Of a DNA stretch of 64,000 nt, positions 26,873 to 35,945 are shown in pieces. The notes beneath the pieces were generated by a model, which was not told the origin of the DNA, ran no database searches, and saw only the letters and a list, made by a program, of their open reading frames with translations. The position numbers and the translations under genes were made by a program. The stretch covers positions 22,462-86,461 of the forward strand of contig NZ_DASSCY010000201.1 in NCBI RefSeq assembly GCF_035697385.1, in the 5' to 3' direction. Origin of the DNA: Mycobacterium sp. (GTDB lineage: Bacteria; Actinomycetota; Actinomycetes; Mycobacteriales; Mycobacteriaceae). The first letter of the stretch is position 1. Each line of letters starts with the position of its first letter.

Positions 26873-27874
26873 CTAGAGCCGCGCGAAACAGGGGTTCGCA
26901 TCCTCTTTCGGGATGGATGCGTTCTGGCTGGAGAACTTCCCGACGACTCCGGTCTCGGTCACTTCGACGCTATCGGCGTGAATACCGAGCGGATAGTTGT
27001 CGTTCAGTTTCTTGGTCAGCTCGTTCAGCGCAGTCTGTATCGCGTCCCTCGGCAGCGGGCCGACGACGTCGAGAACCTCGAGATTGAGGTCACCGTCGGT
27101 GACAACAGGTTTGGCCGTGACGCTGTTGCTGCCCGCTTCCAGGACGATGGCGCCCGCGCCGGGTTCCGTGCTCACACCGGTGATCAAATTGCCGACACCA
27201 GGAAGGTTCTCGGCCACGGTTTCCTTGATGCCCTCGGACTTCCAGGCCAGTGTCGCCGTCAGCGATCCGATGGTGCCCTTGGAGTCCGCGGAATCCTGCA
27301 ACCGCACATCCTCGAGCGTCACGTCGGCCGTCATTCCCTTGGCGTCCTGGACCCGGTCCCCGGCCGTGGAGACCGAGATGTTGGTGTAGTGGCCGGTGAT
27401 GTGCTGCCACAAGAATGGCGGATTCACGCCGAACGAGATGGTGACGCCGTCCTGAACGACGCATTCGGCAACCTCCACCAGAATGCTGTCGGCGCGATGG
27501 CGCGCGTACAGCTCGCCGCCGGCCAGACCGCCCGCCAGCAGCGCGACGATGATGATCGCGATCAGAACGATCGACTGCCGGTTGCGCAGCGAACCGCGCG
27601 GCTTCTTGCCGCCGGGTTGCGCAAGGTTGGGGGCCGCCGGAGGCGGTGGTGGCGGCGCCGGCGGTCGTGGCGGTGGTGGCGTCGGTGGCGGTGGTGGCGG
27701 CACGCGCCGGATCTGTTGGGTCGGTAAGAAATCGGCTGGCGACTGGGGCTTGCGGATGTGGTCGGTCGGTGAGTCCGGCCGTCCAGGGCGCGGGAGCCGT
27801 CGCGTCGCGGGGTCGGGCGGTGTCCCCCTGCCGCGCCATCCAGGCTGATCGGGGCGTTGCGGCGGCGTCGTCAC
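26873..27874 (-). CDS. DUF2993 / LmeA-like membrane-anchored protein with Pro-rich N-terminus
   Basis: TM helix then GGELYAR.RA, V.FG..PFL, TADV.L.DV motifs. Confidence 0.7.
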   Translation of the reverse strand: MTTPPQRPDQPGWRGRGTPPDPATRRLPRPGRPDSPTDHIRKPQSPADFLPTQQIRRVPPPPPPTPPPPRPPAPPPPPPAAPNLAQPGGKKPRGSLRNRQSIVLIAIIIVALLAGGLAGGELYARHRADSILVEVAECVVQDGVTISFGVNPPFLWQHITGHYTNISVSTAGDRVQDAKGMTADVTLEDVRLQDSADSKGTIGSLTATLAWKSEGIKETVAENLPGVGNLITGVSTEPGAGAIVLEAGSNSVTAKPVVTDGDLNLEVLDVVGPLPRDAIQTALNELTKKLNDNYPLGIHADSVEVTETGVVGKFSSQNASIPKEDANPCFARL

Positions 27875-27940
27875 CTGCGCGATTCTGCCTTATCTGCGCG
27901 ACGTAGCGGGCGAATGGCGGCCACAATTGTCTTCAGTCGC

Positions 27941-29245
27941 CTACCTGGTGGTCGTCGGAGTCTGCGGGGGTACCAACGACAAGCCGGCGTAGATCTCGTC
28001 GAGCAGCGGGGCAAGCATGGCCTGCGCCGTCGTGTTGCCGTCCGGCGAGAGCGTCAGATTCGTCCAAATAACGAGCGCCACATCGTTATCGGGGTCGTAC
28101 CCCATAAAGGAGTTGAAGCCGGGGAGCTCGCCGCCGTGGTAGTACATGGCGGCCTGCGGGCCGAAGCGCTGATACGAGATGCCGTACCCGTATTTCTGTC
28201 CGTCTGGCGCGTCGGGGTCCTCGGCCTGCAGGCTCGTCAGCCACTGTTGGTGATAGTCGGAATTCAAGATCTTGCCCGTGACGAGTGCCTTCATCCAGGT
28301 GGCCAAGTCTGCGGCCGTGGAGATCGCTCCCCCGGCCGCGGTGGCGTACGACGGGTTCTGGTTGGTGTAGTCGATGGGTTGCAACGTTCCGGCCCGCGCG
28401 GCGGCCTGCATGTCGGCGGGATACGGATCGTCGGCGAGTGCGTAGAAGCTTCCTCCGTACATGTAGCCGTGCGAATAGGGAGCCGGAATCGATGTGTCGT
28501 CCGTGGCGGGCAGGGACGTCTGCGTGAGGCCGGCCGGGCCGAACAGCCGGTCCTTGAACTGCTGGGCCAGCGGTTGCCCGCCGGCTTTCTCGGCGATGAG
28601 ACCGAGCAATGCGTAGTTGGTGTTGGAGTACTCGTAGGAGGCGTCGGGCGCGAACTGCGGCGGATGCCGGAATGCGATGTCCAATACTTCCTGCGGCGTC
28701 CAGGCCTTGCCGGGGTCGGCATCCATAACGGCCGAGAGTTCGGGGTCGGCGGTGTAGCCGTACAGGCCACTGCGCATCTTCAAAAGCTGCGCGACGGTGA
28801 TGTTTTCACCGTTGGGAACGTCCGGAACGAAGGCCGAGACCGGGTCGCTGAACTTCAGCTTGCCGTCCTGGGCAAGCAACACGATCAGCGCCGCCGTCAT
28901 GGTCTTGGTGTTCGAGGCGATGCGGAAATGAGTGTTGGCATCCGGCGGCGTCTGAGCTCCGAGTTCGGTGGTGCCGAAAGCGGCGTTGAAGTCTCCCTGA
29001 GGGGTGCGCAGCAGCACCGTCGCGCCGGGGACCATCAGCTTCTCAGCGGCGGTGTCGACGACGGCCTGAAATGCCTTGGGATCGATGGTCTTTAGCGCCG
29101 AAGCCTCCGGCGCAGAGCTGGCCGCGGTCGTCGTTGCCGTTGGTTGCGTCGTAGGCTCGGTACTGGACGAACAGCTTGTGATCACCATGGCCATGCACGC
29201 AGCGAGCCCGACGCATCGCATTCGGGAAACGATCATCGTCGCCAC
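27941..29245 (-). CDS. Serine hydrolase, beta-lactamase / D-Ala-D-Ala carboxypeptidase family lipoprotein
   Basis: Lipobox-like VITSC, FRIASNTK (SxxK), YSNTNY (YxN), HGG. Confidence 0.88.
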   Translation of the reverse strand: MATMIVSRMRCVGLAACMAMVITSCSSSTEPTTQPTATTTAASSAPEASALKTIDPKAFQAVVDTAAEKLMVPGATVLLRTPQGDFNAAFGTTELGAQTPPDANTHFRIASNTKTMTAALIVLLAQDGKLKFSDPVSAFVPDVPNGENITVAQLLKMRSGLYGYTADPELSAVMDADPGKAWTPQEVLDIAFRHPPQFAPDASYEYSNTNYALLGLIAEKAGGQPLAQQFKDRLFGPAGLTQTSLPATDDTSIPAPYSHGYMYGGSFYALADDPYPADMQAAARAGTLQPIDYTNQNPSYATAAGGAISTAADLATWMKALVTGKILNSDYHQQWLTSLQAEDPDAPDGQKYGYGISYQRFGPQAAMYYHGGELPGFNSFMGYDPDNDVALVIWTNLTLSPDGNTTAQAMLAPLLDEIYAGLSLVPPQTPTTTR

Positions 29246-29301
29246 ACCGCCTCAGTTGGGTAGCCGGAGCGTAGCCCCGTTCGCACCACCAAGATCGGTG
29301 T

Positions 29302-29688
29302 TCACGCTGCAGCGGCGATGGCCTCGATCTCCAACTTCCACTTCGGGTCGAAGATCTGCGCGACGACGACAGTCAGAGCTGGACAGTGCTCACCGAGTAC
29401 CTCTTGCCTCACGGCAGTGTTGACCGGCGCAAGATCGCGGCTGCTCAGGAACGTCGTCACCTTGACAAGGTCGGTAACGCCCATCCCCGCCGACCGGAGG
29501 CAGGCCACGATGTGCTCCCAGACCAGGCGGCACTGATCCTCAGCGCTCTCGAGCACGACACCCGCCGGTGTCTCTGGAATCTGACCGCTGATGTAGAGCA
29601 ACCGCTGACCGGGCCCGACCTCCATCGCGTTGGTGTAGCCGCCGATCGCTGCCGGCACGCTGGCGGGGTCGTGAGGATGATGAGTCAC
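29302..29688 (-). CDS. RidA/YjgF family protein
   Basis: LYISGQIP, LVKVTTFL, PALTVV, LEIEAIAA; AAGGAG Shine-Dalgarno upstream. Confidence 0.9.
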   Translation of the reverse strand: MTHHPHDPASVPAAIGGYTNAMEVGPGQRLLYISGQIPETPAGVVLESAEDQCRLVWEHIVACLRSAGMGVTDLVKVTTFLSSRDLAPVNTAVRQEVLGEHCPALTVVVAQIFDPKWKLEIEAIAAAA

Positions 29689-29696
29689 GTCACTCC

Positions 29697-29721
29697 TTAA
29701 ACGTTGAAGCGGAACTCGACC
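29697..29721 (-). repeat. Displaced second copy of the ychF 3' end (VEFRFNV*), attR-like
   Basis: 29701-29721 matches 30330-30350 at 19/21 nt; all differences over the 8 codons are synonymous. Confidence 0.85.
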
Positions 29722-29729
29722 GGATCACG

Positions 29730-29993
29730 TCATCGATATGCGTCACGACGATGTGAAATATGGATGACACGGACGACGATTCGTTGGTCGAAAACCTGGT
29801 AGATAACCCGGAATTCGCCTCGCCGCGCCGAGTATCGCCCCTCCAGTTGATCGCGAAGCGGCTTGCCAACGCGATACGGATTCTCCGCGAGCGGGCCTCT
29901 AATGAACTCCCAACATGCGGCGGCGACTGCTTCGGGTAACAGTTCTGTCAGCGCCTTCTTCGCAGATTTTGTCAACTCAATGCGATAGGTCAC
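29730..29993 (-). CDS. relE: RelE/ParE family toxin
   Basis: NPYRVGKPLRDQLEGRYSARRGEFRVIY...HISHRRDAYR; similar to mycobacterial RelE; GTGA overlap with the antitoxin. Confidence 0.92.
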   Translation of the reverse strand: MTYRIELTKSAKKALTELLPEAVAAACWEFIRGPLAENPYRVGKPLRDQLEGRYSARRGEFRVIYQVFDQRIVVRVIHISHRRDAYR

Positions 29994-30274
29994 CGCCTGA
30001 GCCGCCCAGCGGCGCGCATCTCCTCTGTTACCTCATCGAGGGTGTACACCTCGCCGCTCTCTGATTCGGCCTCCGCATCACGCAACTCGCGCATCAACTC
30101 TTGATCACTGAGAATCGCCAGGGTCTCCATGATGGAGTCGAAGTCCTCCGCACTGAGAATCACAGCGGCCCGACGACCTTGTCTGGTGACCTCTATTCGC
30201 TCATGAGTGCGGACCGCCTCATCGACGAGTTTCGAGAGGTTCGCACGGACCTCTGCCAGCGGAAGAGTAGCCAT
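29990..30274 (-). CDS. relB: Phd/YefM family antitoxin (mycobacterial RelB type)
   Basis: LAEVRANLSKLVDEAVRTHERIEVTRQGRRAAVILSAEDF. Confidence 0.92.
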   Translation of the reverse strand: MATLPLAEVRANLSKLVDEAVRTHERIEVTRQGRRAAVILSAEDFDSIMETLAILSDQELMRELRDAEAESESGEVYTLDEVTEEMRAAGRLRR

Positions 30275-30287
30275 GTACAGAATTCTA
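30274..30287 (-). promoter_or_regulatory. Leaderless TA promoter: TAGAAT -10 with a TGTACA hexamer at the start codon
   Basis: ATTCTA at 30282-30287 is 7 nt from ATG; TGTACA at 30274-30279. Confidence 0.7.
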
Positions 30288-30325
30288 GCGCGATCGGCGG
30301 TACGGCCGCCTCTCGACCGTGACGA

Positions 30326-31399
30326 CTACACGTTGAAGCGAAACTCCACCACGTCGCCGTCGGCCATGACGTAATCCTTGCCCTCCATCCGGACCTTGCC
30401 CGCGGCCTTGGCTGCGGCCATCGACCCGGCCTCGACCAGGTCGTCGAACGACACGATCTCGGCCTTGATGAAACCCTTCTCGAAGTCGGTGTGGATGACA
30501 CCAGCGGCCTTCGGCGCCGTGTCGCCCTGGTGAATTGTCCAGGCGCGCGACTCTTTTGGGCCAGCGGTCAGGAACGTCTGCAGACGCAGCGTGTGAAAGC
30601 CCGCCCGCGCCAGCGCATCCAGTCCGCGTTCGGTCTGGCCGATCGACTCGAGCAATTCGGCCGCCGACTCGTCGTCCAGCTCCTGCAGCTCAGCCTCGAT
30701 CTTCGCGTCCAGGAACACTGCATCCGCCGGCGCGACCAGCTCCCGCAGCGCCGCCACCCGAGCGTCGTCGGTCAGCACCGCCTCATCGGCGTTGAACACA
30801 TACAGGAACGGCTTGGTGGTCAGCAGGTTCAACTCACGCAGCGCCGAAACATCAACTCCCGCCGCGAACAGTGTCTTGTCGCCGTTGAGAATCTCCTGCG
30901 CCGCCACCGCAGTCTCATGCACCGGCCGCCTGTCCTTGTTGGTACGGGCTTCCTTCTCCAGCCGCGGCAGCGCCCTCTCGAGTGTCTGCAGATCCGCGAG
31001 GATCAGCTCCGTCTCGATCACCTCGATATCGGACTTGGGATCGATCCTGCCGTCGACGTGTGCGACGTCGTCATCGGTGAAAACCCGCACCACCTGGCAA
31101 ATCGCATCGCTCTCGCGGATGTTGGCCAGGAACTTGTTGCCAAGACCAGCGCCCTCGGACGCGCCCTTGACGATGCCTGCGATGTCCACGAACGTCACCG
31201 GCGCAGGCACGATCTTTTCCGAGTCAAACATCTTCGAGAGCTCGGCCAACCGCGAGTCGGGCAGCGGCACGACACCCTCGTTCGGCTCGATCGTCGCGAA
31301 CGGATAGTTAGCCGCCAGCACGTTGTTGCGCGTCAACGCGTTGAACAGCGTCGACTTTCCGACATTCGGCAATCCGACGATTCCTAGGTTCATGCCCAC
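30326..31399 (-). CDS. ychF: Redox-regulated ATPase YchF (Obg family)
   Basis: GIVGLPNVGKSTLFN, NYPFATIEPN, DIAGIV, EGKDYVMADGDVVEFRFNV. Confidence 0.98.
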   Translation of the reverse strand: MGMNLGIVGLPNVGKSTLFNALTRNNVLAANYPFATIEPNEGVVPLPDSRLAELSKMFDSEKIVPAPVTFVDIAGIVKGASEGAGLGNKFLANIRESDAICQVVRVFTDDDVAHVDGRIDPKSDIEVIETELILADLQTLERALPRLEKEARTNKDRRPVHETAVAAQEILNGDKTLFAAGVDVSALRELNLLTTKPFLYVFNADEAVLTDDARVAALRELVAPADAVFLDAKIEAELQELDDESAAELLESIGQTERGLDALARAGFHTLRLQTFLTAGPKESRAWTIHQGDTAPKAAGVIHTDFEKGFIKAEIVSFDDLVEAGSMAAAKAAGKVRMEGKDYVMADGDVVEFRFNV

Positions 31400-31483
31400 A
31401 GGGTCCAGAGTGTAGGAGACTGTGACGGGCTCGCCAGAATCGCGCTGACGGCTACTTTTACCTAGAGCCGGTACGGTCTACCT

Positions 31484-32521
31484 GTGTCAGCACAGCGTGC
31501 ACGGTCGGCGGTGACGGCCGACCATCGCTCTGCGCACCCCAACTTTCCGGGTGTCCCGTGGTGGGGTGCTGTGCTGGTCGCCGTCACGGCGACCGCCATC
31601 GGCTTTGCTTATGACGCCGGTTCCGGTGCCAAAGAACTCAGCCTGGTTTTCGCGGCGTCGTACATGGTCGGCTGCATCGTCGCAGTTCTCGCGGTGCGGC
31701 AGAGCGGCGTCTTCACCGCGGTCATCCAGCCCCCGCTCATCCTGTTCGTCGCGGTGCCGACCGCGTACTTCCTGTTCCACGGCGCCGCGTTCACCGGTGT
31801 CAAGGACGCGCTGATCAACTTCGGCTATCCGCTCATTGAGCGGTTCCCAGTGATGTTTTTCACCTCGGCCGCCGTGCTGATTATCGGGATGGCGCGATGG
31901 TATTTCGGCATGTCGACGCGACGTGCGACACCGGGTACAACGGCCAAGGAGGCGACGAGCTCCAGCTTGACGTCGAAGGTGTCGTCGCTGCTGTCTCGGG
32001 AGCCTGCCGAAGAAGAAGACGAGGCCGTCGAGTCCCCGACTCGCAAGCACTCCATCGAGCGGTCCAGCCGCCGTGCAACGAAGCCTGCCGCTGACCAATC
32101 CACCCGCGCCGGCCGACCCACCAAGCGCGCCAGGCCTCCGCAGTCACGGCACGCGCGCCCTCCGGAAACGGAACTCATCGAACCGGTCGTCGAACGTCCC
32201 CGCCGGCCTCGCTCAGCCCGGCAGACCGAGCCACCGCCTGTGCCTCCCGCCGAACCGCGGCGCCGGCCACGCACCTCGTCGACCCGAGAGCCCCGGAAAA
32301 GGGTGCCGCCCGCCGACCGCCGCATCCCCAACGAGCGCACCGAACGTCGCCGCCGCTACGACGACTACCAGCCGTCCGAACCCCACGGCACCAACGGCAA
32401 CAGCACCCATCACCCCGTCTCGCGGGTGCGCTACCGCGGCGACGTGGACGACGCTGAGAATCGCACCCCCCGGCGGGCCCGACGCGATCGCGAACCCGAA
32501 CGCTGGGAGTACGACATCTAA
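31484..32521 (+). CDS. Rv1111c-like membrane protein (DUF6542) with Arg/Pro-rich tail
   Basis: GVPWWGAVL, FTAVIQPPLILF, LIERFP; TACGGT -10 6 nt before GTG; synteny. Confidence 0.8.
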   Translation: MSAQRARSAVTADHRSAHPNFPGVPWWGAVLVAVTATAIGFAYDAGSGAKELSLVFAASYMVGCIVAVLAVRQSGVFTAVIQPPLILFVAVPTAYFLFHGAAFTGVKDALINFGYPLIERFPVMFFTSAAVLIIGMARWYFGMSTRRATPGTTAKEATSSSLTSKVSSLLSREPAEEEDEAVESPTRKHSIERSSRRATKPAADQSTRAGRPTKRARPPQSRHARPPETELIEPVVERPRRPRSARQTEPPPVPPAEPRRRPRTSSTREPRKRVPPADRRIPNERTERRRRYDDYQPSEPHGTNGNSTHHPVSRVRYRGDVDDAENRTPRRARRDREPERWEYDI

Positions 32522-34314
32522 CTCGGCGCGCGCAGGAATCGGCCGGCGGCGTCCACCGCAGGCGCAGAACTGCCGGCATCGCTGATGAACACCGCCAGTG
32601 CCAGGTCGCCGCTGATGCCGACGAACCAGCCATGAGCGTGCTGGTCGTCGATGTATTCGGCGGTGCCCGTCTTGCCCAACATGTCGGGAATGTCCTGCAA
32701 CTGGGACGCGGTGCCGCCCGTGACGGTCTCCCGCATCATCGCCTTCACCTGGTCGGCGACGGTCGCGGGCAGCGGATCCAGGGTGCGGTCGGGCTTTCCG
32801 GGTTGTCCCGCAACGATCGTCGGCGACGGCACCGAGCCGTGTGCCAGCGCCGCGGCCACCAGCGCCATACCGAACGGTGACGCGGTCACCTGACCCTGCC
32901 CTATCCCCTCTTCCACCCGAAGCGCTGGCGTGTCGGCGACGGGCACGCTTCCGGTGACGGTCGTCATGCCGGGGGCCGTGTAATCGATCCCCAGGCCCAG
33001 CGCAGCGGCCGCCTTCGTCAGGCCGTCAGGCGGCAGATTGACCGCCAGGCGCCCCATCGTGGTGTTGCACGACCGCGCGAACGCCGTGTGCAGCGGCACC
33101 TCGCCAAGGTCGAAATTGTCGTCGTTGGGGATCTGGCGGCCCTCGATGTTCTCCGTGCCGGGATAGGGCAGCACCCTGTCGGGCGTGACCTGGCCGGCCT
33201 GCAGAGCGGCCGAGACGGTCACCGTCTTGAACGTCGACCCTGGCGGGTACAGGCCCGTCAGCGCAATCGGGCCCTGGGCATCGGCCGCGGCGTTCTGCGC
33301 GACGGCCAGCACGTCGCCCGTCGACGGCTGGATCGCGACGATCGCCGCTGGAGTCGCAATGGACGCCAACGCCTCCTCCCCCGCGCGCAGCATGCCGCTG
33401 TCGAGCGTGCTCGCGATGTCGCCGACGGGTTTTGGGTCCTGCCCGCCGACACGCTTGAGGCCTGCGGCGGTCTGCGCGTTCACTGCCCAGCCGCCGGCAT
33501 CGTCGGTGCGCTGCTGCCAGAGATCCGAGAGCCCGGACAGCGCCGGGGAGGTGAGGGTCTTATCGGTGGCCAGCAGCCTGGTTTGCGGCGCCAGCGTGAC
33601 GTTCGGCAGCTCCGACAGCGGCGCCTCGATGGGCGCCAGGTCGTCGGGGCGCAGGGTGACCGCGGTGATCGGCTGGCCGCCCGCAGCGGCGAGATCCGAC
33701 TGCAATGAGTCCGCGGTGATACCGGAAGCCACCGGGTTCACCAGTGCCGCAACGGCATTCAGGTCAGCGCCTGGTGAAACGTTGACCAGCGTGACCACGT
33801 GCTGGGTCAGCAGTTCCTCGCCGGTGCGGTCCAGCACCCTTGCCGCTGGGTCCGGGGCGAGCGTGCTGTACGACAGCGGGCCGGCGTCCAGACCGGGCGC
33901 GACGGTCGCCGGATTCCACGCGATCTTCCAGTTGTCCCCGTCCGCGGTGGCGTTGCCGGTGGTGGCGTAGGTCCACTGGTTACGGCCGTCCTGGAACTTC
34001 CACGTCGCTTTGAGGCTGAATGTCGCTGCGTTGTCTTGGCGCTCGACCGAGCCGACCTCGAAATGCACGTCTTTGCCGAGACTGTCGAACAGCTTGCCGA
34101 CGGTGTCCGACGCCTTCGCCGCATCGGACGTGACGGCGGCGGCCGCAGATGCGTCACCGCGGCTGAGCGCGTCGGCGAAGCTCTGCACCGCGCTGTTCAG
34201 CCGGTCTTCGGAATCCGAGCAACCGGCTAGCACCAGCATGAGCGTCGCGACCAGCGCGATCAGCGAACGTGAAGCTATTGCGCTGTTTTGCAACGTTTTT
34301 CGCAGTGGGTTCAC
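32518..34314 (-). CDS. Penicillin-binding lipoprotein (NTF2-like N-domain + transpeptidase), PBP-lipo / Rv2864c-like paralog
   Basis: Lipobox LVLAGC, YPPGSTFK (SxxK), SCN (SxN), GKTGTAE (KTG). Confidence 0.9.
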   Translation of the reverse strand: MNPLRKTLQNSAIASRSLIALVATLMLVLAGCSDSEDRLNSAVQSFADALSRGDASAAAAVTSDAAKASDTVGKLFDSLGKDVHFEVGSVERQDNAATFSLKATWKFQDGRNQWTYATTGNATADGDNWKIAWNPATVAPGLDAGPLSYSTLAPDPAARVLDRTGEELLTQHVVTLVNVSPGADLNAVAALVNPVASGITADSLQSDLAAAGGQPITAVTLRPDDLAPIEAPLSELPNVTLAPQTRLLATDKTLTSPALSGLSDLWQQRTDDAGGWAVNAQTAAGLKRVGGQDPKPVGDIASTLDSGMLRAGEEALASIATPAAIVAIQPSTGDVLAVAQNAAADAQGPIALTGLYPPGSTFKTVTVSAALQAGQVTPDRVLPYPGTENIEGRQIPNDDNFDLGEVPLHTAFARSCNTTMGRLAVNLPPDGLTKAAAALGLGIDYTAPGMTTVTGSVPVADTPALRVEEGIGQGQVTASPFGMALVAAALAHGSVPSPTIVAGQPGKPDRTLDPLPATVADQVKAMMRETVTGGTASQLQDIPDMLGKTGTAEYIDDQHAHGWFVGISGDLALAVFISDAGSSAPAVDAAGRFLRAPS

Positions 34315-34325
34315 GCTCGACGAGG

Positions 34326-35327
34326 CTACGCGCGCGCCGGGCGGATCTCCCTTGGCAGTGCGAACACCAGCGTCTCGTTGGCCGTCGTCACCGGCTGCAC
34401 CACGTCATAGCCGTAATCGGCCAGGCGTTCGAGCACACCGCGCACCAGGATCTCGGGCACCGAGGCGCCGGACGTGACGCCGACCGTCCTCACCCCGGAA
34501 AGCCAGGCCGGGTCGATGTCGTCGGCGTAGTCCACCAGATGAGCGGCCTGTGAGCCGGCGCCGAGCGCCACCTCGACCAGCCGCACCGAGTTCGACGAGT
34601 TGCGCGACCCCACGACGATCACCAGCTCGCACTCCGGCGCCATCGCCTTGACCGCGACCTGGCGGTTCTGCGTGGCGTAGCAGATGTCGTCGCTCGGCGG
34701 ATCTTGCAGCGTCGGGAACTTCTCGCGCAGCCGACGCACCGTCTCCATCGTCTCGTCGACGCTCAGCGTGGTCTGCGACAGCCAGATCACCTTGTTCTCG
34801 TCGCGGACGGTGACCTTCTCGACCGCCTCCGGTCCGTCGACCAGCTGCACGTGATCGGGCGCCTCCCCCGCGGTGCCGACGACCTCCTCGTGACCCTCGT
34901 GGCCGATCAGCAGGATGTCGTAGTCGTCGCGGGCGAACCGCTTGGCCTCGTTGTGCACCTTGGTGACCAGCGGGCAGGTGGCGTCGATGACCTTGAGATT
35001 GCGCTCGGCGGCGGTCTGGTGGACGGTCGGGGCGACGCCATGCGCGGAGAACACGACGATCGAGCCCTCGGGCACCTCTTCGTTGTCCTCGACGAAGATC
35101 GCGCCGGCCTTCGCCAGGGTCTCCACGACGTGGCGGTTGTGCACGATCTCGTGACGGACGTAGACAGGCGCACCGTGCTTCTCCAGCGCACGCTCCACCG
35201 TTTCGACGGCCCGATCGACGCCGGCGCAGTACCCCCGCGGCTCGGCGAGCAGCACACGCTTGCCGGTAACGCCACCGGTGACCGAGCTCGTGGCGCCCGG
35301 AATCCCCATGTTGATTGTCGGCGGCAT
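34326..35327 (-). CDS. ispH: 4-hydroxy-3-methylbut-2-enyl diphosphate reductase
   Basis: [30 protein letters not shown]; TACCCT -10 7 nt before ATG. Confidence 0.98.
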   Translation of the reverse strand: MPPTINMGIPGATSSVTGGVTGKRVLLAEPRGYCAGVDRAVETVERALEKHGAPVYVRHEIVHNRHVVETLAKAGAIFVEDNEEVPEGSIVVFSAHGVAPTVHQTAAERNLKVIDATCPLVTKVHNEAKRFARDDYDILLIGHEGHEEVVGTAGEAPDHVQLVDGPEAVEKVTVRDENKVIWLSQTTLSVDETMETVRRLREKFPTLQDPPSDDICYATQNRQVAVKAMAPECELVIVVGSRNSSNSVRLVEVALGAGSQAAHLVDYADDIDPAWLSGVRTVGVTSGASVPEILVRGVLERLADYGYDVVQPVTTANETLVFALPREIRPARA

Positions 35328-35381
35328 GGCTTCCAGGGTACGGGCCTACAACGCGCAGCAGCCAGCCGTAGGCTGAACGCC

Positions 35382-35945
35382 ATGGCAACTGCACCGTACG
35401 GGGTCCGTCTGCTGGTGGGTGCCGCAGCGACCGCCATCGAGGAAACCCGCAAGCTTCCGCAGACCATCCTGATGTACCCGATGACCATCGCGAGTCAGGT
35501 TGCGCACCTCGTCATGAAGGTGCAGCAGGACGTGGCGGACCTGGTCATCAAGGGCGACGAGACCCTCGACACTCTGTTCCCGCCGAAGGATGAGCAGCCC
35601 GAGTGGGCCACCTTCGACGAGGACATCGACGACGGACAGGCCCGGCCGGGAACAGACGGCGAACGTCGCACCGAGGGCCGCTTCGCGCTGTTCACCGGCG
35701 GTGAGCCGGACACCTCGAACGACGATCCGGCGGCGAAGGAGGCCAAGCTCGCCGAGGCCGACCCGCCCGACATCGTCGTGGAGCTGGATTACGAATCGTT
35801 GACGCTGGCACAGCTTCGGGCCCGGCTGTCGTCGCTGCGGGTCGCCGATTTGGAGGCCCTGCTGGCCTACGAAGGCGCCACCAAGTCACGCGCGCCGTTC
35901 CAGACCCTGCTGGCCAACAGGATCACCCGCGCGACCGCCAAGTGA
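35382..35945 (+). CDS. Rv1109c-like lipid-droplet-associated protein
   Basis: [15 protein letters not shown] start, [14 protein letters not shown]-terminal motif; TAGGCT -10 7 nt before ATG; synteny. Confidence 0.85.
   Translation: MATAPYGVRLLVGAAATAIEETRKLPQTILMYPMTIASQVAHLVMKVQQDVADLVIKGDETLDTLFPPKDEQPEWATFDEDIDDGQARPGTDGERRTEGRFALFTGGEPDTSNDDPAAKEAKLAEADPPDIVVELDYESLTLAQLRARLSSLRVADLEALLAYEGATKSRAPFQTLLANRITRATAK

Larger units (their letters stand above)
29697..30350. mobile_element. Putative integrated relBE cassette bounded by ychF 3'-end direct repeats
   Basis: Repeats offset by 629 bp and enclosing only the TA pair and its promoter; no integrase in the window. Confidence 0.6.

Noticed and set aside
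27640-27705. GGT/GGC triplet-rich tract
   Set aside because: Encodes the poly-Pro linker of the DUF2993 protein; ordinary low complexity, as in the Mce tails.
29697-30350. Integron cassette (attC) interpretation of the relBE module
   Set aside because: GTTGAAG fails the GTTRRRY consensus, there is no long attC palindrome and no integrase; the repeat is fully explained as a ychF 3' end.
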